64,000 bases of DNA from NCBI RefSeq assembly GCF_004010195.1, contig NC_057718.1:38005152-38069151 (forward strand). Direction: 5' to 3'. Source of the DNA: Chiloscyllium plagiosum. Its lineage: Eukaryota. Made by a program: the position numbers and the translations under genes. Numbering within the stretch: position 1 is the first letter of the stretch; every line of letters begins with the position of its first letter. The notes under the pieces were generated by a model. That model saw only the letters and a list, made by a program, of their open reading frames with translations, ran no database searches and was not told the DNA's origin. Shown here piece after piece: positions 25,601 to 37,600 of this stretch.

Positions 25601-28600
25601 ATATGAAGGTTAAATGCAATAACAGGTTAAATTTCAAATGCATTTTACATTTCTGGAGCACAACAAAAGCGAAAAGCTTTCTAGTAAACCCTAAATGAAA
25701 CAACCAACAAAAGACAAGTCAGCAAAACTACTTTTGTGAAACAAAATTATTATTAGATTTTTCACATATATTTTGACAATTTAACTTGTCACTTTATTAA
25801 CAAATAACCATAAGAAACTTGGAACCTACACAAAGACTTCTTTACAAATGTCATTCTTGGTCTAAGGGAATCACAGACAACGGTAACATGTATTGTATAT
25901 GCCGACCTAAATTAAGGTGCTTCCTTAACCAATAATACTTGCACCATGCAATCAGATAGGGAGTTCCAGTATTCTAGCAGAGCAACCCTTTTTGTCAACT
26001 GTTAAAATGACGTTACTAGGCTTTTGTTCAGCCTTAATATAGGTTTGTAAAACATATGCACTACACATAATTTTATATTAACGTGTCAGTTAAAGCTATC
26101 CAGCATTCAAACATGCCATGTCACTTTCACATACTTTATCAAACCAATTTTCTTCCTTGGCCAATTTAACTCCCTTCCTTTTCTCAAAATGGAACTTTAA
26201 GTTTGGATAATGTTTCAAAAGTTCTGCACAACTCTCTGATTTCTCACTTAAGTGGCCAATATTACAATGTATTTGGTTTGTAAACACAAGTTGGTTATTT
26301 GAATGTGAAGAAAACCACAACAAAATACAATTTCAACTTCATCCAAAGTCCAGCCATCTATATTTTCCATCATGTGCTTGTTTCAGATTACAAAACGCAA
26401 TTTATTTACTAATAAAGCCATGTGTAGAAATTCTGCTTTACTTAAACCATCAGAAATGATTAATTCAGTCACATTACAGCAGAACAGCTGTACTCACAAC
26501 AGCAGAACTCTTAAGTGGTTAATTTTATTTTCCAGAAGTTTGGATCGAGAAAGACCCCAGTACTGTGGAGTCGAGCCATCACAGGGCGAGTGAGCCCCAT
26601 GTGGTGGAGAGTGTGGTTCCCCAACATCAGCAGCGGTGGTGAGAACGAGCAGCCCTCAGGTTGAGTTCGGCAAGAACTGGCAGCGAGGCCCAGCACAGTC
26701 TGTTAGAAGACCTGTAATGGTGAACCTTTTGTTTTTTTTTATCTTCCTAATTTATCCTAAGATTTTGTACACAGGGACCTTGTATCTAAGATGGTGCCAT
26801 AAGTGGTGAATTTGTAAACTTTTCAGTGCACTCATTTGACACATGACAATAAAACTAATTCTAACTTCTCATGGGTTACAGTTGTACAGTACATTAGAAA
26901 TTCTGCAACCAGTTGCTGTTACCTCAGTAAAGACCAGTCATGTTTCACTTTAGTTTGAAAATCTGTAACCGCATCTATTTGCTGAAACAATCAAGCCACA
27001 AGGCTCACAACTTAAAATCTAAAGAATTTTATGACACAAAAGTTAATGAACATAAAAACTGCTAATTACAGTTTAGCTTAATCTTAATACATTACAAGTA
27101 CAAAACATAAAGATGCTTATGATTGAAAGAAAAGATCATGGTAGAAATTTCCTTCCAGATCCCCATTTAACTTAAATCCCACAATAACAGAACTTAGACA
27201 TGTATCAAACTAGCAGATGATTAAGCACTTGACTTGGCTACTGTTTCAAAGATTCATGTAGGTTTGAGATTTCTTGGAGTCTTTCACTTTCCCTTCAAAT
27301 CTCCTCCAATCATCCCACAGTTGCAGATTCTCTATTGAACATAGAGTGTTGCTCACATTTTAAGCATAGCCAGTTTGGGTCAATACTCCCCTGGTTCTAA
27401 TAATCTTCATTCCTTGAATTTTACTTTTAAAATTTTCTCTTCTCAGCTCGCTATCTTCCAGGTCTTACCCACTATTAGGACTCCTTTAGTTAACAAAAAT
27501 ATTTAAACTCCTTGAGCCAGCATACAAAGTTTCAAATGAATTTCAACTTTCAACCGAAAGACGTTCTCTTGATTTACGTCTATAACTTCTGCCCAACTCT
27601 GGCTGATACTTCTTCCTTTCTCATGTTCCCATACAACTTGGTCACAAATCATTTACTAGAAGCCAGCTACATTTTTCTAAGAAATCTTTTCTCAGAGAAA
27701 GGTAGCTCATAAAAGGGACATTTACCACAACAACAACAGGCTTTACCTCTCACAAAACATATGGGTAACTTACAGGATTCAGATTATCCACGCTGTTGAA
27801 TACCTTTAAAACCTGTTTGCTTTGCTACTATGCCTGCAGTATGAACGTGCTATACTCATAGCACCAAAACTGGATATTGTTATGGAACAGGCCAGATTCC
27901 CTCAAAACATTTCAAGGAGGTAGCCCAGACCCTAACTTTTGTAATTGTTTTAAGTAGGTGTGAGTGGATATTCCAGACGTGATGCAGCTGGCCCAACCAC
28001 TCTGTTTTAAACAAAACAGAGTTTATTTACAGACTACTGAATGAAATATCACCAAAAAAGAAGTGAATTTAGAATAACAATGTAAATGAAAACCCAACTG
28101 TCTCTGTCCAAACTTAATGATGCTGTTCCAAATACTTGCAACATCTACATAAAGACCCACTTGGCAAAAAAAAGGTTAATTCAAACATAGATTTCAATGG
28201 GAGCGAGATGTCAGAGAAAAAGAGAGGGGGAGGGGGAGGGAGAGAGTGAAGAGGTGGGGGAGAGAGGATCAGCATAGAGCTGTTTCTTTGACCAGCAGCC
28301 TCAAACTGATTGCTTGCTAAAACCAAACCCTGACATAGGAGACCTGGCCACACCCCTTCCATTGTCCAAGTGTTTTTTAAAAATCTTTCAGGCCCTTTCA
28401 AGTAGGTATTTCCAGACAAATCGCAATCTCTGTCTTTACAACCCCTCTGAAAAAATCAAGCAGAAAATAACCTTGTTAAAGGAACAACATTATTACAATA
28501 ACATTTGATTATCTTCTGACTTCCATTACCTACATGGGAAGAGGAAAAAAAAGTGAGGATGCCTCCACAGGATTCTAATTGTTGGAAAGAGTTGGTTGCA

Positions 28601-31600
28601 ATTTGGAAGTGGGAAAGCACTGAAGCATAAGGCCTAAAAAGCAGCATGAGGAACCATCAATAGCTAGGCGCAGTTTTTGTTTTAAATTCATTCAGAGATT
28701 GCAGACATAGCTGGCTAGGCCAGTATTTATTACCCAGGCCTAGTTGCCAACCATACGGCTGTCCATCAGGAGTCACATGTAAGCTAGACCAGGTAAGGCT
28801 AACAGATTCTCTTCCTTGAAGGAAATTAACAAAACAGAGTTTTTTTAATGAGTCATCAATGGTTGCACTGTCACCATTAAATCAGTTCTTTATTCCAGAT
28901 TTTTACATTCCGTTACAAAACAAAGCTTCCTTTAAACACGCATTCTGACAAGTTTCAACAAGTGTTACTGCTGACCACTTAAAATATATGAAAATAAGTA
29001 GTTATCATTGTAACCAAGCCATATTAACTTTGCATTAGAAGTTCAACTGGCTGTGCATTTTTTAAAATGATGCTTACCTGAGTAACCAATCACTTGACTC
29101 AGCCAAATTAATACTTTTATGGCAAAATTCTGATGTGCAACAACAGATGAATGCATTACTTGCACCTTCAGTGGCTTTGTTTGTCGACTAGTGTTCCTCT
29201 ACAGCAAATCAAATGTTGGAAAAAAAAAATTGTCAAGGTACTGAAGGGGAGAGTCACATGTATAAATATAGCAACCCCTAATTCTTTTTATTAAGATTGT
29301 AGTTATTGTGCCCATTCATGCGCACAAACACAGGTTAATAGTGCCATTTCACTGCCAAGTGACAAAATAGCAGATGCCAAGAACATCATCTGTATTTTCT
29401 GTTGAAAGTTATTTTCTAGACTTATAAAACATTTGAAGAGCCACTCATCCCAGCAAAGCCTCTGCAAACGCAGTCCACCAAAAGCAACTACACTGGGCCT
29501 GTCCACCATGGCAAATGATGGCTTGGCAATGAAGCAGTGGAGAAAAGGAAGCTCTCCCTGGCACTGAGTTTTATTGGGCTCCTTATCCCAATCACTTCAC
29601 CAACCCCTCTTCCTGCAGTGGCCAGAGAGGATGCCATCCCTGCATGTGCAGGGGCTGATGTCACTGCAAATGGCAACATTAGCAACGCATATACAGATGT
29701 TTCCTGTGACCTGTTGTGGCCAGCTGACATCATGGAGCACTCCTGCACATGCAAACAGCCATCGTTAGATTTTGGACTAATCATTCCTTTTTATTTGCAC
29801 ACATTTGTATTTGAAGTTGGGAAGAAATTCTCACCACTATAACTGTTTTTGCTTGCTCACAAAACTGGAAATCACCATAGCGAACTGATCTACGACCCTG
29901 AAAATAAGAAAATTAAATGTCCTTAATGAACAACATTTTTGAAGCTCAACTTCTGACATCCAACCTAAACTCCAGAAAAAGAGAAGTTATAGCTATAATG
30001 TACTAAGATATCAACATGAAGTCTAACATTCTAGCCAAGTTCTTTTTTCCATCTACAACATTGAATATGAAGGTGTAATCGTGCACTGCTACTTAATGTT
30101 AGGATACAGATTTGTGGCTGTAACACTCAAAACACCAAGTTGCTGACTTCAGCTGTGCATTTATAAAATCTGTGTCTAGGGACGGGGGTGGTGTTGCTGT
30201 ACAAAACAGAAATGGAATAATAGCTTTGGCTTTAACATGTACTCTTTGATGAGCTGCTATTTTCAGAAATTCTCAACAGCCTAAAAATAGTTTGATTGAA
30301 TAAGTATAGCAGAAAGAAAAATCAAGAAGAGAGAATGTGTCGAAAGAACTATCCATTTCTGAACCATGTATATTATCTCACCTAATGACCCAAAATGAAA
30401 TGATATAGAAAACAGTTGTTTGTGCATTTATGCTGTCAAATTTTGGAAACTTTCCAAGCTATACTTTGAGTTGAAGCCTGCTCGGCAATCTAATAATATA
30501 TGCATGACAATATAATGTAAATCTTCCATGCACAAATTCCACTTCATTTCAAAATTAGAACGTACAGGATCAATTCTGACTGAGTTCCTTCACTTGAGGC
30601 AACTACCATATTCAGAAAATTGCACATCAGTAGTTTTAAAGCAATTTTTCTGTTAAAAAAATCCTTTTTAGTTTCCAACTGTTTTTTGTGTACTTACAGT
30701 AAGTGTGAGTCTAGTGTAAAATATTACGAAAAAAACTCACATCTCTATCCACAGTGGTCGCAAAGCTGACAGCTTCCTTCTGTGTACAGTTCACAGCCTT
30801 TTGCAAGGTGTAAATCACTTGCTCATAAGTATGGACTTCATCATTAAATAACATACAGTAGTAAGTATCTTCCTTTTCCCTAAAGAGAGAGCAATCATGT
30901 GTAGTTAAGAGTTCATTGATGGCCTTTGTTGATCAAAGCACAAGTATTTCAAAATAAAACTAATATGCATCATCAGTCAATGGGAAAATGAGCAAAGTCA
31001 TGTGACACAACAAGGTTAAGAACTGGAATGCATTGCTTTGTATGGGAGGGGGCTTTTTAAAGGGAACAGGGTAACATCTGGCAAGAATAAAATGTGCAGG
31101 ATACAACAACAAATAAATTCAGCGAGGAAGTTCAATTCAGGCTTGCATTTCATGTGCATTTGCTGAATAACAAAATGTCTAACTTTTGTATTTGTGCAAA
31201 TCTACAAGAATTTGCAGTTATGAGCATTCAGAAGGTCTATTTTCAAGGGATGCATGGAAACAGCAGCTTAGTTAAAAACTGGCTGATACGGTTTCCTCAT
31301 TAACTGAATAACCTGTTGGGTGGAAATATTAGGAGCCAACTTAGTATGAATTATAAAGAGTGCTAGAGTTGAGCATCTCAAGTCCAACAATGAGGAAGGG
31401 GAGAGATGTTTCTTCAGTTCTAAAGAAAGGTCACTGGACCCAAAATCTTAACACGGCTTTCTCTCCACAGATGCTGCCAGTCCTCTAGAGTTCCTCCAGA
31501 ATTTCTATTTGTGTAAGAGATGTTTGGTTCCTACTATCTAAGCAAAGCTGCTGTTTGGTGAGTATTTCTTGTCTTTACTGTAAAAGCAAGGTTTTTTTTT

Positions 31601-34600
31601 GACATTTTCTTCTCACTTTTCCTTACAAATTGCTTGCGAGCTATCAGATCAATATTAGTGCACACCAAAAAGAAGAATTACAACTGTTCAGAATGGAGAC
31701 CTGCCAAGTGTAAAAAGGAAACAAGTGTGATTTGATTCATAACTGAAGAAAATATGATAGAGATGGCAGGTCAGGCGATGTGTTGCAGCTGCAGCACACA
31801 TGAACAGCTGCTCAGCAAGGTAACCACAGTAAACACATCAGTAGCAAATGTTTACAGCTCAAGCAATTTCAGATCCAAGTTGAAGAACTGGAGTCTGAGC
31901 TGCACGTGTTACACTGCATCAAGAAGGGACAATGTTTCCTGAATGCTTTGCTTTAGGAAATGCTCACCTGCTTAGAGGAAGTATAATGAGGATAAATATG
32001 TAGCAAAAACAGAAAGGTACTTTATTATTTGAATGATAAGAGATAGGGAAAGGAGAGATGCAAAAAGACCTGGTATCTTTGTACACTAGTAGCTGAAAGT
32101 AACTAAGTATATAGGTGCAGCAGGTATTGACCATCCTAGCAACAGGATTTTAGTACAGGAGTAGGAATGTCTTACTGCAATTGTACAGCACCTTAACGTG
32201 ACCACACCTGGAGGCAGTGTGTGCAATTGTGGTGTCCTTATCTGAGGAAGTTCTGGCCATGGAGGGAGTGCAACAAAGACTTACCAGCCTGATCCCTGAG
32301 ATGGCAGGACTGATGGATGAAGAGAGTCTGGATTGGTTAGGACTATATCACTTGAGTTTAGAAGAATGAGGGACAATCTCAGAAACCTATAAAATTCAAA
32401 CTGGACGAGATGGGGTGAACACAGGAAGGATGACCCCAGTGACTGACAAGTCCAGAACCACGGTTCACAGTCAGCAAACCCTCTAATTTTCTGTTCAGCT
32501 GCATCTCTCAACTCACCGGAGATAAGTTGACCGTCAGGTTAAACCACCCCCAGTCGCCTCTCTCTAATGAGAGCAACCCTTTGGCAACTTCACCTTAAAT
32601 GCAAGGTAGCATTCGCAACAAAACAAATTACTCAATCAGAGGCACAAATAGAGGCCAAAGGGCATGATCCTGGAGCCATTACAGAGACATGCCTAAAGGA
32701 GATCAAAGTTGCAAGCTCAATATTCATGGGTATGTGACTAATTGACAAAACAGGAAAGAAATGGTGGTGGAGTAGCATTGTTAGTACAGGAAGAATAACT
32801 ACAATGGTGAGAAATACAATGCGGCCGGGGAAGAGAAGAAGTGGGTTGTATTCCTAAGATGTTGTCAATGCCCACAACTTTGACTGGAAATAGTGCCTTC
32901 AGACAATTCTTGATATCACATGGAGTGAATTAAATTGACTGATGTGGCAATGGGGAACAGGAGGCGGCTGAGATGGATCATCCCCTTATATGTGGGCGGC
33001 ACGGTGGCACAGTGGTTAGCACTGCTGCCTCACAGCGCTAGAGACCCGGGTTCAATTCCCGCCTCAGGCGACTGACTGTGTGGAGTTTGCACGTTCTCCC
33101 AGTGTCTGCGTGGTGTTTCCACACTGTAAGTAATCTAATCTAATCTAATCTAATTTCTTGGATAACTAGGAAGTTCTTATACTAACTCCAAATTCAATCT
33201 TTGCTTATCAGAGATAATAAAGGCAAAGGGCATGGGAAGCAGGTTGTTGGAGGAGCTAGCAGAGGTGGGGAACCTTTTGGGCATGGGAAGCAGATTGTTG
33301 GATGAGCTAGCACAGAGGTGGGGAACCTTTTCATGTTGGAAGGCCGCATTATGTTAGTTGTAATCGAATATGGCCACATCCAAGAAACTTCAATTATATA
33401 TTCTTCAAAATTCACATTATTCACAAAAATCTAACTGCTAATTTTCTTTTACTCTCTGGTATTTTAAATACATTCATTTTAAGATTAAAATAAAAATATT
33501 AAAGGACAAAATAAAATTAATAAAAAATAAAAAATTTGTCCTGCAAAATTTGGATTCATTCAAAAGGCCACAGGTTCCCCACTCCTGAGCTAGCATATGG
33601 ATATAGAATGAGACACACCAGCCTGGAGCCAATCTAGAGAAAACAAAGAAAGAGTGTTTCAGCAGTAGATAAATCAAGAAAAGGGTGGTGCCAGGCAATG
33701 TTCTGATGACGGAAATAGTTAATTTTAATGGCAGCATGAAAAGTGACCAAGTAAGGCTGCAAATAATGTTTCTCAAACCGAAGGTGGTTGCCAGGAAAGG
33801 GATGGATCCACAAGTTAGGGGAAGAAGTTCACAATGTGATTTAAGACAAAAGTTTTGATCTTTCCAATTTGATTCTGCAGAAATTTCTAATCACCCAGGA
33901 ATGGATTTCAGACAAACAGTCAGATAATCTGACTTTGGAAAATGTATGGATGGTAGAGGCTTAAAAACTGGTTATCAGCACATAAATGAAAACTGACTCT
34001 CTCTTTGAGAGGTGCACCTCAGAATTCTCTTTTTGCAAGGTACATTAAACAGAAAAATACTGAATATAATTCACTTGCTTTGCATTCTACAGTTATTCCA
34101 TGAGAACACCGGCTCCCCAAGTTACAGCCATTGCCTCAAAATTCATAAAATATTATTTGTTTAAACAGCAACACTAAATCCTAGATAGCCGAAAGTCAAT
34201 TTTCAACAGCCATTAATACAAACCTAACATGAAACAACTCTCAGCCTTGTTGTCTTGCAAGAAAAAGAAAACAGCTTGGCAAGGTAGGAGGATTGGGTTG
34301 GTGCCATGTCTTCTTTCAGCATTGTTCAAGGATACATTGAACAGCAAAGCGAAAGTTTCAGTTATATACGTAACAAATAAAACTAGGGGACAGTGGTGGG
34401 ATAGGGAAGAAAATAACAGAAGATCTCAAAGACAGACCTGCAAATTTTTTCAATGAATTTTGTTTAAAAAATCTGCAATTTACAGCAATTTGTCTCTCCA
34501 AATACAAATTACAACACTCATTACTGATACTTACAAAGGCTCTAAACCAGAAGGTAGTCTATCTTCTTCCACCCACGTTAACATATCTACAGCATATTTG

Positions 34601-37600
34601 AATGCAATTGCAAAAATGTTGTAGGCACGTCCAACCATATCTTCAGATAAATGTGCCAGTGGATCCTATGAAAATAAGAGTCAAGTAAAGTTAACCCACA
34701 AACACAATAGCAGAAAGCTTGATAATGACCATCTAAATAAAAATGAACTATAACACACAAAGATACATGACTAAATGATGGAAACAACTTATCACAACTG
34801 ATTTCTACATGCATTATTTCACATAAATGACAAGAGTAGTTGATTTCCATTCAGGCCATAAGGTTGTATTCTGGCAATCGTGTGGGTGCACTGGTAGTGT
34901 TCCCACCTCTGAACCTAGGTTCAAGAACCACCTGCTACAGAGGTGTATAACTGCATCACTGAGGAGGTTGATTAGAAAATATCTAAGGTTGTCCTCCTCC
35001 CAGCACCAAAGCACTCATACAATCTCTGCAGAGAAGGGTAAAAAAAAATCTCAACTGATTCATCAATGGATTTCTCAAGTTCATTTTCAATCATGATGCT
35101 GCTCACTGATTAACCAACAATTTCATGCTCATTCACTACTAATAAACAAGCAAGCATCTAGGTCAATTGCAGCAGGATCAACACAAGTATTGGGCTGAAA
35201 TCACCAAAGACCAGGTCAATAACTAGTGCGAGAAATAGATAGTCAAAACATAACCATATTGGCAAGTTGCAATACAGTATAACTTACACAGGCAACATCA
35301 GAGGAGCAGGAAAATCGACATTTCGAGCGCAGACCCTTCATCAGGAATAATCATGAAGGGCTTGTGCTCGAAACGTTGATTCTCCTGCTCTCAGATGCTG
35401 CCTGTGTGGCTGTGCTTTTCCAGCACCACGCTCTTCAATTCTGATCTCCAGCATCTGCAGTCCTCACTTTGTCCTAGCATAACTTTCACACCCTATTCAT
35501 GGAAAAAAAAGGGATATATTAAGAAACTTTAGGCCAGTTACTGTCTCAGTTGCAGCTAGATTTCTACATTATGTAATTTGGAACCAAATTCACAAAGAAT
35601 TAGAAAGACATGGGCTAATCAGGTGAAGTCAGTTAAAGTCTGTAATAGGCAGGTCGTGCTTGACAACTGGGCAATTGATCTTATTTAAAAAACACAATCA
35701 AAAAAAGCAAAATTACTGAACAAATTTATAGAATTACAAAATACAAGATGCCTTGCAAAAAATAACACCACAAATATTCAAGTACATGGTTTTAAAAATA
35801 AATAAACCAAAATGGTGAACAAATACCGGTAACTAATAAATCTGGGGGACAGCGGTAGGATAGGGAAGAAAATAACAGAAGATCTCAAAAAGACAGACCT
35901 GGGAAAAGAGAACAAAGAGCAATGTAAAATTAATCTTCAGTGTCTTGATGGGATCTGAGCCATTCAGTGCCTCTAACTTGTAACTTCTCATTTTCTATTT
36001 ACATAAATACTTGAGGCATCAGCACAAATGTCAAAATTAGCTTATGTTAAAGTCGGGGCTGCAACTACAACTTCAGATGTGCCTAAGCCAGGTAGAGTTC
36101 ATGCACATAAATGTGAAAAATGTATATTGTGAGGGACCCTTGTGGCACATTGGATAGTGTCCCTACCCCTGAACCAGGAATCCTGAGTTCAAGTCCAACC
36201 TGCTCCAGAGGTGTGCAACAACTCTGAACAGGTTGATTCGAAAAATAGTTTTTTTTAAAAAAACTAATCTAACATTTTGAAATTAAAATAACAGCATACA
36301 TTTCTGTATTAATTTTGAAAACAAAAACAATAACCAGCATAATTTTAAATAACTGATTACAAGAAAAATTATACCTCCTCCATGGCTCCTGAGACAGCAG
36401 GTTTATGTTTCAGACAATATGGACCTTGTTTCCAAGCCTCAGTGTCTCCACAGTCACAGAAACCCCCTCCACCTGAAGTAGTCATCTAGATAAAGCGTGG
36501 TTGTATTAAATTTCTGTCTCAATTATTACAGATTATGAACACAATTCAAGGGGGAAAAAATGTACTGCCTGAATAACATCAGTGTCCAATGCAAACAAGT
36601 TTGAATTCCTAGTCATGACCACATTATTTGGATTTACTTACTAATACTTAAGACTTTGGATTATTTCAGATCTTCAAATGTGGGCAGTTTATTTCACATA
36701 GGTCACATGCACCCTTAAATGCAAGCAAATCAAACTTTAATATGATTATAGTAATTGTTTTGACAGCACCTCTGATCAAGTAATGGTCCAGACATACTGA
36801 TGGTCAGAGAATTGCAGAAGCAGTATAGAGTGGAGTTGTGCATCAAATCCCAATGCAGCTAAACATGTGAGATTTGGCCCGGAAATTGAATTTTTCAGTG
36901 AATAGATATTCAGAAGATTAAATACCTACTCAAAATCACCCCCCATCAACTAAAATCTCCATTCCAAACTCTCAACCACCACTGATTCCCCACTTATAAC
37001 TCCCTACCCATGGCCCAACTTGACCCTTTGGCAGCTGACATGACTCCCAAGCCCAACTCAACCTTGCTGAATCCAACCACTCCTGGCCTACTTCAATGCC
37101 TACTGCTTTCTGCAGTTGCTGTCAAAATAACTTGAAGAAAGAAATCCTGAGAAAAGGCAGCAAGTGTCACAAAAAGGGGGCAAATCTTAGCCTGCAATGC
37201 TATTTCTGCAATGAATAGATTTTTCCTTTGTGATCTCTGATGGATTTATCTTGGCCAGACTCTGGACACTGGCCAAACAAAAACTGTTGATAGTGAATTG
37301 TGCAATTTTCAAGAGAATTGTCAGTAGTTAAATCTGTTCTGGTGTTAACCAGAATACTGAGCCAATGTGTCTTCACAGTTAAGTCCTACTTCGTATAGGC
37401 TTACAGGAGGGAGCACAACCTACTGTTGAGGAAAGAGACCTTCGGGCAATGAAAAGTAGCAAGGAGTAATGGAAAGTACAAGAATGTGAACTGATTGCTG
37501 AAAGATCTTTGAGTGAAGGCAGAGCTTGGGACAGGAAAGCTTAAGTCAACGAAAACTATATTAAGTATCACCACAGAGTAGCAAGGTCATGAAAAGTTTC

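Noticed and set aside
29303..29842. Overlapping 64-101 aa ORFs in intron 7
   Set aside because: No recognisable homology or splice support; likely chance ORFs in a slightly GC-richer patch.
32994..33070. tRNA genes at SINE heads (also 15050, 36131, 39860, 51352)
   Set aside because: A and B boxes continue into SINE bodies and tails; no complete cloverleaf or terminator.
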